Source: Nageia nagi | Lineage: Eukaryota; Plantae; Pinophyta | Direction of reading: 5' to 3' | DNA: 64,000 nucleotides | NCBI GenBank assembly: GCA_050084985.1 | Contig: JBITNC010000001.1 | Location: 115,506,001-115,570,000, forward strand | Shown: positions 10,930-22,244 of the stretch, in pieces | Position numbering within the stretch: the first letter of the stretch is position 1 | Layout: the number at the start of each line of letters is the position of its first letter | Position numbers and translations under genes: made by a program | Notes under the pieces: generated by a model | Databases searched by the model: none | What the model was told of the DNA's origin: nothing | The model's input: the letters and a program-made list of their open reading frames with translations, nothing else

Positions 10930-13900
10930 TGGTATGAAAAGCATTTTCTTTACGATATTGCAGTGAAATGCACCTAGTCAAATATAATAGTAATAGGTGA
11001 CAAAAAACATAGGTGGGCAAGGATGTGATTTAATTGGTGTGACAAGGTTGTGACATTCATAACAAAAGTTTTTTGCTTTTCACAAAATGAATGGCATATA
11101 ACTTTGTAGGAAACTTAAGTAAACAAAGTTACTCATTTTGTAAATAAAATACTCATAAAAAAAATACCCCTCCTTTATAAGAATCTAAGAATAAACCAAT
11201 TGAGAACTATAGAATATTTGGCAACTACTGTATGTAGGCTCCATTAAAGGATTTGATCAAAGTATGAGAAAAAAAACAATTAAAAAACTATCTTCAAATC
11301 AAAGAAAACTTTATAATAGAATCATCAACTAAAGTCCTAAGAATGATTCTACCTTAAAGTTGATGCCCACAATCTTAGTGAAAAACCAAGGTCACTAAAG
11401 ATAAGCAGAATGTACTTAATTCAAAAATCGAAAGATAGAGATGATGAACGATTAATTGAGGTATTAACTCAAACCAAAGTGAGTTTGGAATCAAAAAGCT
11501 TCCCCAAAAAGGATATGAAAGAGTCCGATGCCCCTGATAAATTTCTAGGAACTTATTAATAATAAATTTGTAAATACAAGCCTCCCTTAAATATCAGTTA
11601 ATAAAATACTACAACAATTGCATCAAAAACTATTCGAAGTCTGCTCCACAATGCAAAAAACGGCACTCAAAATGAAGTCCGTTTGCAAAAGTTATGGAAT
11701 TAATTTGTTTTGGAGCAAAAATTAAATTTTTAATGCCCAAAACATTAGAAAAATTTAATTAAATTAAAAATAGTGAATTTAATTAAATTTTAAATGGCAG
11801 AACTTCAAAACGTGATTATCAGTTGATGAGGAAGGCAAAATGGGTCATGCAGCTACTCAAAATGTCTGGAATGGAATGAGGAATCCAGATGTGCTGATAG
11901 AATGATGATTGGACCTCAGATGCACCGGTTATGGCCCAAAAACCATCAAAAATAAAAATTGCCAAAATTAAACGCCAAAAAATGATAAATAGGTAGTCCA
12001 ATCACAAGGAAAAAATAGTCAGCAGCAAAGAGGCATGCACCAAAGGAAATGAAAGCATGCAGGAGGAGGAAACATCGAGTGGCACATTGCATGGACAACA
12101 TCAATGTGGAGTACGTCTAGGTGCGTGCAGGGAGGAAACAAGGAGCAACGCGCAACGCAACAAAAATGCCATGGTGAAAAATGCATCAACAGATCCGAGC
12201 GGGCCATGCAAGCGGTGAGCAGGATGGCAAAATGCGAGGTGGTCCCAAGGATAAATGACGCAATGTAGATCAAGGCAAGGTCGTAATGTCAGGGGACGGA
12301 TGCGTACAGATTGGCATGAATGCATAGTGAAGAGGTGCCATGAGGGTATGTTTGCTGCAGCAGGCACTTGGCGAAGTTGACCTAAGACTGGAAGGTGCTG
12401 AATGGCACCAGATCTGTAGAGAGCGATGCCAGTAAGGGAAGCTACGCATGAGCTACAGAGGGTAGTGAAAGATCTGCAGGTGGTGATGTCAACAGAGGAG
12501 GCCATGAACCAGGTGCAAGGGACAGCGTAAAGGTTGGAAGCTACATTCAGAATTCGGAAGAGGTGACCAAGAGGATCCATGCAGGAGGCACAAAAAGAAG
12601 ATGCGAACGTTGCTGGGCTACGTCGATGCTGAGTAAAAACATCTGGGTAGCCATGGAACCTAAACAGAAGCACTCACCAATGTGGGGGAAAGGAGCACAT
12701 GAAACCGGAGGGCGCGAGTAGACGAAAAGGGTCACGAACCAGGTGCTGAAGACCAGGGTATGGGATGCACCAATAAATCCAATCAGGATCCAGTAAGAAT
12801 CGAGAGGCCAGAGAGGTGCACGGTGGTCCCAATGGGACACACAAACGTAGAGCAGTGTTGGCAGAGCCAGGAGGCATGCAACAGCAAAAGCAACTCAACC
12901 ACCAAGAGGTGCCACATTGCAGAAGGCATGAGACAAAGCATCTCAAACGTGTGGGTAGAGAAAAACTCCAAGCCAACCACTCGACCACCAACAGAAGGTC
13001 ACATCATCAAACATGGAGACCAAATCGAGCATAGATCGATAGCGGTTGCAGCAAGAATGAATCCGCACAGCAGTGACGAGGAGGAAATCCAAGAGGGAGG
13101 TGCACGAGGTGGAGTAGCCAGGAAGCCACGCAAGAGGAGGAGAGCGAAGAAGAATAGCAGCTACGCAGGAAAATGCCAAGGAAGAGGTGCGTAAAGTAGC
13201 TACAACTAGGAGATGCCATGCAGATCTGCTTGAGCTACATCACAGCACGAAGGTAACTAGGGCAACTGTAGGGTCAACAGAAGGACCCATGTGAGATCTG
13301 AAATGGCAACATGGATGCAGGAAAATGTATGCATAGCTGTAGGATCAACAGGGAGCTACAACCATCGTGGGGGAGGAGTAGCAGGCAACGGAAGTCGTGC
13401 GAGCGACGTTTGAAGGTTGCGAGCTAAGTAGCAGGAAGGCCGCAAGCAGAGCGTGAGCAGCTGAGTGAAAAATGCATCGCTAGATCAAGATAGGTTCTGC
13501 AGGTAGCAAGTGGATGGTAGGGTGCGAGGTGGTCCCAAAAGGAACAAATGATGCGTAGTAGCAAAGGCAGAGGCAGGAGGTGTGCAATGCAAACGAACTC
13601 ATCACCAAAAGGTGCCAGCTGCAGGGAGCGTGAGATAAAGTCTCATACGCAAGGGTAGGAAAATGAATTCCAAAAACCAACAGCCAAAAAACCATGCGCA
13701 TGCAGATCCGTGAAGAAGAGGCCAACGTGAGAGAACCCAGCTACGAAAATCTGACGCCAAAAGCTCCAAACACAGCAAAAAAATGGAGGTGAGGGGGGGA
13801 TTGGCGTAAAGAGGCCAATCCCCCCTCACTAATTTGCTAAGCAAACCTAGAGGCAGGTTCAGAGATCGAACTGCTCTGATACCATGTAGAGAAAAAGGAT

Positions 13901-14089
13901 TTCTTATATTATTGCAGTGAATGCACCAAGAATAAATAGAATAGGTGCAAATAACTTACAATGGCACACAGTGACAAACGATGGCACACGGTGGCGAATC
14001 ATAACAAGAAGTTGTTATGATTTACATAAGGTGCAAATATCCTAGTGAACTTAAGTACTAAATACTCAGTAAATAAAATAAATAAAACA
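10930..14089 (-). mobile_element. Probable second LTR element nested in the copia 5' region; GC/CpG-rich, no recognisable gag/pol
   Basis: Second iMet PBS (GCTCTGATACCA, 13873-13884) directly followed by a TG..CA segment (13885-14089). A garbled match to that segment lies at about 10930-11165, followed by a C-rich PPT-like tract near 11167. Left boundary uncertain. Confidence 0.55.
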
Positions 14090-14882
14090 CTATAAGTGGT
14101 AATGTCTAATGTTAAGCATTTTGCTTCTAGCGATGATTTGCATGTGAAACATGGCATCGCTGTCCAAATACCTCACCTCCATTCATGGTAATGGGGAAAA
14201 AAAATAAGGCATGGGCAATGGATGTGTTATTTAATTGGTGTTAGATCAAGGTTTGTAAACATTGTATAGTAAAGCAATACACCTGTCCTTTTGTGCTTTC
14301 TCACAATATTTGTAAATTTGGCATAAACTTTGTAGGAAGAGGCTTGGGATAGTAAAACAAAGAGCTGCCCTCTACTCTCTTTTTTTTTTTTTTTTTTGGA
14401 ATTATAAAAGCTACTCATAAATAAAATATATTTCTTTATAAGAATGCTAAGAATAAACCACTTGAGAACTTTGGAATATTTGAGCAACCTTATTGTATGT
14501 AATGGCTCCAATAAAGGATTTGGATCAAATATATTTGTAGACAACAAAAGAAAATTATTAATTTTATAACATGTTAGTCTCAAAATCATAAGCATATAAC
14601 TTTATAATAAGCAATATGACTAACATGTCCCTAAGGTAATGATTTTACCTTAAAGTTTAGCCATTATGCTTAAATGTGAATATAAACATCAAGTGTCAAC
14701 TAGAAAAGATAAGCAATTGAAATGGATTAACTATTTAAATTTCACATATAATTTGAAAGAAAATAAGAGTATAGATATACCTTAATTTGAGGTGAGTTAC
14801 CTCAAATTTCCAAGTTGAAGTTTGGAGGAGATCCCACAAGATAGCTTCCACACCAAGGATATGAAGATGAGCCTCCAAGTAT

Positions 14883-14894
14883 GCTCTGATACCA
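14883..14894 (-). other. Primer-binding site (tRNA-iMet)
   Basis: Reverse complement TGGTATCAGAGC, 3 nt from the 5' LTR. Confidence 0.92.
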
Positions 14895-14897
14895 ATT

Positions 14898-15373
14898 TGT
14901 AGGAACTAATATTAATAATATAATTTCTAAACTACCAAGATCACATTAAAGCTCATAGTTACATCCAATAATACACAAAGCAATATCATAACACAAGATA
15001 TAAAGTGATTCCTCCAACTAAGAGTACATCCACTAACTAGATCTTTAGTTCTCTCACAAATACAACTCTCTTACAATTCTCCTAATCTTAACTCCTATAC
15101 TTCTATCCTAGAGCATATCCTTAATCCTCAAATTTGTGTTTTATTACAAAGGGGAAGCCTTCTATTTATAGGCCAAAATTCCTCCTTGTATGACCTATGC
15201 ATGACATGCACACCTTTGACCCTAGGGGCATGCTCATGACTTGAGTGTAGGACAAGTTACATTATTATAGTTCACTAAAATACTTAAGGTATCAAATAAT
15301 ACCTTTAAGTATTAGTGAATTTACATAGAAGATTTAATACATCTATTTACAATAAGCATTATACATTCCAACA
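14898..15373 (-). repeat. 5' LTR of the copia-like element
   Basis: Adjacent to the PBS; matches 3811-4285. Confidence 0.93.
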
Positions 15374-15378
15374 AATCA

Positions 15379-16510
15379 AAGGATTTATTGAGGCTCTAGA
15401 TGAACATAATCCATAATGGTCTAGGCAAGTTGTGGGCTCTTAGTATGAAGGCTAGATGTAGTTGATAGCCATATTTTTAGGATTAGTGAGAAATTAATCT
15501 TGTAGGCTATTGGATGTCTAATGCTGGGTCAAACACTATCATGACATTTTGTCAATGATCAAGGAGGTACAAACCTTCCTTGATCCAGGTGAACAGTTCT
15601 TAAAGAGAAGGGTATTTGCCTATGTAGTGTCTGATATTCCATACCCATGGAATGAAAATGCTAAGGCTTTGGTTTAACTCTTCACTCTAGAAGGAAGACA
15701 CTCGAATATTATTGGCTTCTAGTTCCTCTTATTGGCCCCTTTTAGAGGAAAGTTATAGTTAAATTTTCTATATTTCTTATATCATTTGATGGATTCTCAT
15801 ATTCGATAGGAATAGGTGAAAGGATGCTTCTCTATTAGGGCTTAATCAAAATTATGGTTTTCTTTCCTAAAGGAGGGCATGATGAATTATTCCTATACAA
15901 ATGGTTCCTCTAAAGCCTCAAGTAGATGACTCTTATTTAGTGTAGCATTACCTCTACTCTCCCTTCTCACCTTTCACTCTAAAAAATGTTAAATCTAAAA
16001 GCTCATCCCCCATAAGGAGGGCTACAAAACTATCAAATGAGTTTTGACCATAACTAATTGAGATTTCAAATGATTCGAATGTCTTGAAATCAATAGATTC
16101 AAACTACAAGCCTTTGAAATTGATGGAGGAAAATTTTCCCAAGGAGATAGTGGAAGAAAGTTCACCATCAGAGTCTATGGAGGAGATTTTCTTTTGGAGA
16201 TAGCTAAGGAGACTTTATTTAGAATGGAGGAGCCTCTACCTATGAATATTATAAAGGATCCTTCATCTAGGGAGAAGCATCCTCTACCTTTAGAGATTGA
16301 TAAGGAGCCTCTACCCATGATAGAAAATATCCTAACATTAGAAATTTTAGTAGTTGTAGCTGAAATAGAACTTGGACCATCTCAACCAAATGGGAAGTAG
16401 CTTTGGCAAGAAAAAACCTTTTAAATTCTTCTTTGACATCATAGATTTAGGGAACTTAGAAGAATGCAACAACATCAAGACACTCAAGGTGGAAATCTGG
16501 AAATACTAGT
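15379..16510 (+). mobile_element. Possible L1 ORF1 relic, probably split by the copia insertion
   Basis: Decayed E/P-rich reading (16194-16400) ending GKKK...KTLK, loosely like plant L1 ORF1 C-termini; no diagnostic motif. Confidence 0.3.
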
Positions 16511-16959
16511 ATGAGGATTTCATGATCAAAAGGAAATAAGTTGAAGTCTTTGTATCCATGTGACATGAAGAGATTACTCAAGCTATCCCAATTAACATAG
16601 AAGAGGGCTTCACATAAATGGAGTTAACAATATTTTGGTCCACTTTTGAGGTGCAAAGAAAGTTATGGAGGTACTAAAGCATCAAAATTTGAATGAACAT
16701 ATATTTGTACAAGTAGCAGATCATATGAAGGAGGAAGATGATTCATATGATGTGAGAATCCATTATGTTTGACACTTTTTTGACTAAAATATGTATCAAA
16801 TATTCATATGTTAAAAATCTAGATGTAAGACAAGTTGTGGAAGCCATGTATAAATAATCCCCTTTCATAATTTACCCTTATAAAAACAATTCGTAGAATA
16901 TGTAAAACTCTTTAATATAATAATTAATTATATACTTGCTATAGACATAAAGTTATAAA

Positions 16960-18112
16960 TGATGAAATTTTTGAATTAATCTATAGTTTACCAAGATATT
17001 AAGAAGAAATTTACAACATCAACATAATAGCTTAATAACACAAGCCAATCTCATAACTAATAAAAGATATAAAGTGGTTCTTCCCTCCTTGGGAGTACAA
17101 CTACTAACTAAAATCTTCTTATTCTCAAGGACCTCTCTTACAAAATCTCTTCTTTCTCCAAACCCTAAACCTAGAGCAAAGCCTACTTAGCAATTGTATA
17201 TTACCATGAGAAGGGGGTACCTCTCTATTTATAAAAAAAAACCACTATGTAACCTCTCTTTAGCCCAAGGGTAAGGTTAAAGATATTTCTATATATATTA
17301 CCTTTTCTATATTTATTACCTTAATGCTTTAAGATATCTAAAGATACTTTAAGCATTAAATGAATTTACATTAAAGATAAATATTACACAATATTATACT
17401 ACAAATTCTAACACTCCCCTTAATGTAATATTAGGATAATGTAGAAAAAAGTGAGAGTAAGAGAGAGTTCTCCTTCATAGAAATACAAGTGGAGATGAGA
17501 ACTTTTATATCTTTGAGGAATAAACAAGATTTTAGTTTCAGACTCACTATAATAACATTTGACAAAATTGTTTACAATACAATTATTAACCACAATTGGT
17601 TTTATTGTAAGTATACTTGATCAATCACTAAGTTGACATGAGATATCTAATAAAATTACTCTAATACCACTTGATGAAATTAACCGAATAAATCTTTAGT
17701 TTAACAAAGATCTCAAGAAGGCATTTACAACATCAACACAATAGCATAATAACACAAGCCAATCTCATAAATAACATAAGATATAAAATGGTTCCTCCCT
17801 CCTTAGGAGTACATTGATTAACTAAGATCTTCTTAATCTCAAAAACCTCTTTTACATAATTTCTTCTCTCTCTCCAAACCCTAAACCTAGAGCCAAGCTT
17901 GCTTAACAGTTATATATTACAATGAGAAGGGGGCTATCTCTCTATTTATAAGAAGAAACCCACTCTTTAACCTTGTTTTAATCCAAGGGTAAAGTTAAGG
18001 ATATTTCTATATTTATTTTTTAATGCTTTAAGGTATCTTAATATACTTTAAGCATTGAGTAAATTTACATTAAAGAGAAATATTGCACAATATTACATTA
18101 CAAATTCTAACA
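16960..18112 (-). mobile_element. TRIM-like miniature LTR retrotransposon
   Basis: LTRs 16960-17413 and 17672-18112 (TGATGAAA...TTCTAACA); TSD ATAAA on both sides; PPT 17414-17422; PBS TGGTATTAGAG (one mismatch to iMet) at 17659-17669; 258-bp non-coding interior. Confidence 0.9.
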
Positions 18113-19139
18113 ATAAATTAAGGCTCCTAATAATTGTAAGACTATACCATAATTTATACAATAATAATATCAAGCTATCATATAATATGCTAAACTATTA
18201 TGCAACCTTTATATGAAATATTTATTTACCTTCACATATTTCATAAGCTATAATATATTAAAGATTTGATATCAATATAGTTTATTAAAATGACCAAATG
18301 GTATTAAATTGATACTAATTTTACCATCAAAGGTAAAATAATTTTGATGAATAAGGAAATATTTTGAGTTTGGTATGTACATAGTTCATATATAAAACAT
18401 TCAAAATCAATAATTAGTTGCTTACTTGCTACAAACATAAGGTTGTAAGCTTAAGAGTCCTATCAAATGTACAATGATAATAGACGAACAATTTACAATA
18501 GGAGTTGTCTAGCTAAGGGACTTTTTGCCAGCCTAGGCAATCTCACAACTCTAATTTGATAAGCAAGAAAAAAAAATTTGTCATGTGAGGTATATTCATG
18601 AAACTATAATGCAAAAGTAATTTTACGAATATGTCAAGTATAAGTTAAATAAAAAAATTCATAAGGCATGTTGTTGAATGTAATATTGGTATAGTGGTTA
18701 GGACATTGAACTTTGAAATGAGTGACATAGATTTAAATTCTCTAAATATCATTTTGGATCTATTAGAAAATTTGCATTTTTGGGTCTCAATTTTTTTCAA
18801 CCTATTTTTTTTACATATTAATTTGTGTATATGCGTGAAACTAATATGCAAAAAAAAATTTGCACATCTACTTATACTAAATAATTTTTACGAATCTACC
18901 AAAAATAAAAAAACCAATAATAAAATACACTAATATATCGTAAGAAGGGATGATAAATCTTTTAGCTAGATGGCTCCTATTATAATATACTAAACTATAA
19001 TGTAATCTTTATTTTTATGTAAACAAAATGGTAAAGGTTAATGTATGTGAAATATTAATGTAACTTCACATCTTTCATAACCTATCATTTAACTTTGTCC
19101 AAGAAAAATCTATTAAAAACTTTTTCCAATTCTTCCATG

Positions 19140-20051
19140 AAGCCACCAATGATTGATAATGACAAGAGAAAATGTTGATCAGCCAGAAACTTTATCGTCA
19201 TCATAAAGAAGAACAGTTTGTGGAATTAACATGGAAGAAAATGAAGATCACAAGGGAATAATAACAAATAACAAGTCGTGGAATAGATATGGCATGTAAC
19301 GCTAGGATGCTTGCCAGCTTCTGGTTAACGAAGAAAAGGTAATATTTATTCTGAAGAATTTCCTGGTAATAGGGAATTGAACGATCGAGTCCAATCCTTC
19401 ACTTTCATCAAGAATCAAGCATCGGTGGACTCAGCCACCTTGGCTAGAAAGAAACAAATTTTAAACTACGCGGTAAGTACCTTAGCCTTTCTATTCTTTT
19501 GTAATTAGCTAATTGTTAATTGTATATAATTTTTTTTAAACCACATTTACAGCAGGATACTATAGTAAATTGTTGTAATTAGAAGAATGTTAATGTCAGG
19601 ATGACTTTATTTTTTTATTGGAAATCGTCATGAAGATATTTTTTTCCATAGAAGTAGGTAAAGACTTTAATTTTTTTGTATTCAGTCAAATCATCCAAAA
19701 CTCGGAAAGTATTATTGTAGGAAGTTGCTATTCATCTGGTCGAAATCTTATGCAAAACGATATTTCCAAGAAGTTGCTAATCATCGGGTCCAATCTTATC
19801 CAAAACGATCTTAGCAAGAAGTTGCCTACACCGAAGATGCCCCCGCTTCAATTTTCTACAAAAAGTCATGAAAGACTTGTACCTACCCATGCGCCTCCGT
19901 CTCTTGCAAGACTTACATTTATGTGCGTTCACATTGAAGGAAAGTCCACATTTTAATTATTTCATCACTCATTTCATTCAACTTCAAGATAGTATATATT
20001 TTTTATGATAGCCTATGATATTTACAAGAGTTACATTGGTTGTGTCCATCT
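19140..20051 (+). promoter_or_regulatory. Putative promoter/5' leader of the DUF4220 gene with a candidate 5'-UTR intron (19473-19720)
   Basis: CpG-retaining stretch in CpG-depleted surroundings; consensus donor CG|GTAAGT at 19473; candidate acceptors TTTACAG (19552) and TTGTAG (19720). No transcript evidence. Confidence 0.5.
19721..19826. repeat. 48/49-bp tandem repeat (about 2.2 copies)
   Basis: GAAGTTGC... at 19721, 19770 and 19818. Confidence 0.85.
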
Positions 20052-22244
20052 ATGGGGCGTCCCTTGCGTTTCACGGGTTCGAAACAGCAAGAAAATCACG
20101 ATGGCAGTGAGGCGTTAGATTTGCCCTTATCAATTGAGCAAAATTTGTTGATTAGCGTTCTGGTTGTACTCAGTATGACGCTGCAACTGCTTCTTGCTTT
20201 TGGCGGTGCAACCAGATTTCAGAGTTCAAAAAAATGGTTGACCCTTTCAGTGTGGTTAGCCTACATGTCGGCCGATGGCCTGGCTACCTATGCATTTGGT
20301 ACAATGCTTCATTCATCTTCAACTGTAATTTTGTATGCATTATGGGCTCCTCTCTTGCTTCTTCATTTGGGAGGACCCGATACCATGACAGCTTATTCCA
20401 CACCTGATAATGAACTATGGAAAAGACACCTATTCAATATGATCTATCAGAGTGGGGTGACAATCTATGTCATTTTTTCTGCAGTCCAACTCCAGAGAGA
20501 GAAAGGGCATTGGCTTCTTTTTGCTGCCGCCATTATTGTGTTGATTTCAGGAGCTACCAAATACGCAGAGAGAATCATGGCGTTGAGATTGGCATCCTAC
20601 TCCAAGATCGTGCAATCTACTCAACCAATTTTTGAATACATGAGAGATGAGCATCAGTTGGACGAGAAATTCGATTCTCAAGACACAAACGCAAGTCAAG
20701 TATCGGAAATATTTGAAGAAAAATGTAACTTCCTTGTTATGGGAGAGGAACGATGGTTTGATAAGTTCAGCCGCGGAGATTTTGAATGGTCCATAGATTG
20801 CTTGTCTGCGACAGAAGCAGTCACCGTTCAAGATGTGTGGGAGTACGAGGGCAAGCAGTTCACTGACAATTATGTGCTCTGCATGGCTTACGCTTTGTTC
20901 AAAATGTACAGGCGAAGGTATGTACATCTCTACTTCCATGAGATAAAGCAGCCAAAGACGAGGAGATTTCTGATTAATATAAAGCCTGAGATAATGTTTA
21001 AACTAATGGAGAGAGAACTAAAATTTATGTATGATATGTTGTTCTCCAAGTTTCTCACGTATTCCACTTGGTGGGGAATGCCAATGCGCCTTTTGAACGC
21101 CGTCTTGTTAGGAGTGGCATGGTTATTGACAGTCAGGGGACTGAAAGACGCTCAACCTCATCTTCATATACAAGAAAGGGTGGTCGCGCACATTTTAATT
21201 TCTGTAGCATTCTTGCTTGAGGTTTTTCAGCTTTGCAGAATTATGGTATCCGATTGGACTATGGTATGGCTGGTTTGCCTACACATCCGCCTTTTCCATC
21301 AACAGAGGCGGACAGACAGCTTCTTGTCCGCGATCATGAAGATGCTCATGCGGGCGATCCGACTGGTTCGAGAGAATCTTTGCCTTAGAAATCAATATTG
21401 GCAGAACAGGATTCAACAATGCTGTATCCTGGATGCTTGCATACCTTCTTCTCCTCTCATGTGGAGGGTATACAAATTTTGCATCAAGGCAGACACTTTA
21501 AGACGCTGGTATGTGAGATGCCGCATGGAAGGCTCGTACATAACACAGGAGCCAATTGAAGATAGACTGAAGCAATTACTTTTTGAGTGGATAAAATGCA
21601 AATATGAAGGGATAGAAGTTGAGGAATGCAAGAGAAAAACTTTCCATTTCGATGACCGTTTGTACCTAAAAGACTACCAAGACTTGAGATGGGCTGTCGA
21701 CTGTGACTTGGAACTTCAAATTCTTTCCTGGAATATAGCTACCTCTGTTTGTGAGAGAGAAGATTGGCCTTTACATGGTGATGGAGATAATGCGACCAAC
21801 ATTGGTCTCAGCACAAAATTGTCATGCTACTGTGCTTATCTCATGATCTCCTGCCCAAAAATTTTACCTCTCCACCCTGACATTGCAAAGCTTCTGTACA
21901 TGCAGGTCCATTTCGAAATTGCAGATATAGCAAGGGATGCTCATGCATTTTCTACGTATCAGGATTTGTATCAAGAGCTGCTGCACCACTTTGACAACTT
22001 CCCTCACTACCCTAAAGGAAGTAGCCTATACAGAGGCATAAAGATAGCACGCCAGCTTCAAGAGTTAAAAGTCGAAGATCGATGGAAACTGTTGGCAGAA
22101 CACTGGTGCTGTACGGTGTTTTACTTTGCTGCATTTAACAAACTTGAGTTCCATACAGAGCGGCTATCTTTTGGTGGAGAACTGTTGACTCACATCTGGA
22201 CGCTGTTGGGTCATATTGGAATATCGCGCTGGAATGTACAGTAA
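20052..22244 (+). CDS. DUF4220 + DUF594 domain multi-pass membrane protein (730 aa from first ATG; no intron in the CDS)
   Basis: Uninterrupted ORF. WLAYMSAD, WAPLLLLHLGGPDTMTAYSTPDNELWKRH, KYAERIMAL and ERELKFMYDMLFSK are DUF4220 (PF13968) hallmarks; RWKLLAEHW...HTERLSFGGELLTHIWTLLGHIG is the DUF594 (PF04578) hallmark. The track start at 20040 is TTG; first ATG is 20052. AATAAA motifs near 22480-22505. Confidence 0.95.
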   Translation: MGRPLRFTGSKQQENHDGSEALDLPLSIEQNLLISVLVVLSMTLQLLLAFGGATRFQSSKKWLTLSVWLAYMSADGLATYAFGTMLHSSSTVILYALWAPLLLLHLGGPDTMTAYSTPDNELWKRHLFNMIYQSGVTIYVIFSAVQLQREKGHWLLFAAAIIVLISGATKYAERIMALRLASYSKIVQSTQPIFEYMRDEHQLDEKFDSQDTNASQVSEIFEEKCNFLVMGEERWFDKFSRGDFEWSIDCLSATEAVTVQDVWEYEGKQFTDNYVLCMAYALFKMYRRRYVHLYFHEIKQPKTRRFLINIKPEIMFKLMERELKFMYDMLFSKFLTYSTWWGMPMRLLNAVLLGVAWLLTVRGLKDAQPHLHIQERVVAHILISVAFLLEVFQLCRIMVSDWTMVWLVCLHIRLFHQQRRTDSFLSAIMKMLMRAIRLVRENLCLRNQYWQNRIQQCCILDACIPSSPLMWRVYKFCIKADTLRRWYVRCRMEGSYITQEPIEDRLKQLLFEWIKCKYEGIEVEECKRKTFHFDDRLYLKDYQDLRWAVDCDLELQILSWNIATSVCEREDWPLHGDGDNATNIGLSTKLSCYCAYLMISCPKILPLHPDIAKLLYMQVHFEIADIARDAHAFSTYQDLYQELLHHFDNFPHYPKGSSLYRGIKIARQLQELKVEDRWKLLAEHWCCTVFYFAAFNKLEFHTERLSFGGELLTHIWTLLGHIGISRWNVQ

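Larger units (their letters stand above)
3811..15373 (-). mobile_element. Ty1/copia-like LTR retrotransposon with intact boundaries and decayed coding region
   Basis: Two ~475-bp TG..CA LTRs (3811-4285, 14898-15373); TSD AATCA at 3806-3810 and 15374-15378; PBS at 14883-14894; PPT at 4286-4299; copia RNase H-like remnants at about 6505-6740(-). Confidence 0.92.
14548..19712 (+). repeat. Segment A (donor of the inverted duplication)
   Basis: Reverse complement is collinear with 33416-38569 over its full length. Confidence 0.95.

Noticed and set aside
12019-13844. Cluster of overlapping 65-190 aa ORFs as real genes or a horizontally acquired island
   Set aside because: Expected by chance in GC-rich repetitive DNA; no recognisable domains; bounded by a retroelement PBS/LTR.
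14883-14894. tRNA gene fragments (also 13873, 38225, 61530)
   Set aside because: 12-nt primer-binding sites next to LTRs, not tRNA genes; no tRNA or rRNA gene was recognised in the window.
20417-21631. Alternative-frame and antisense ORFs within the DUF4220 CDS
   Set aside because: Shadow ORFs typical of a real coding sequence.
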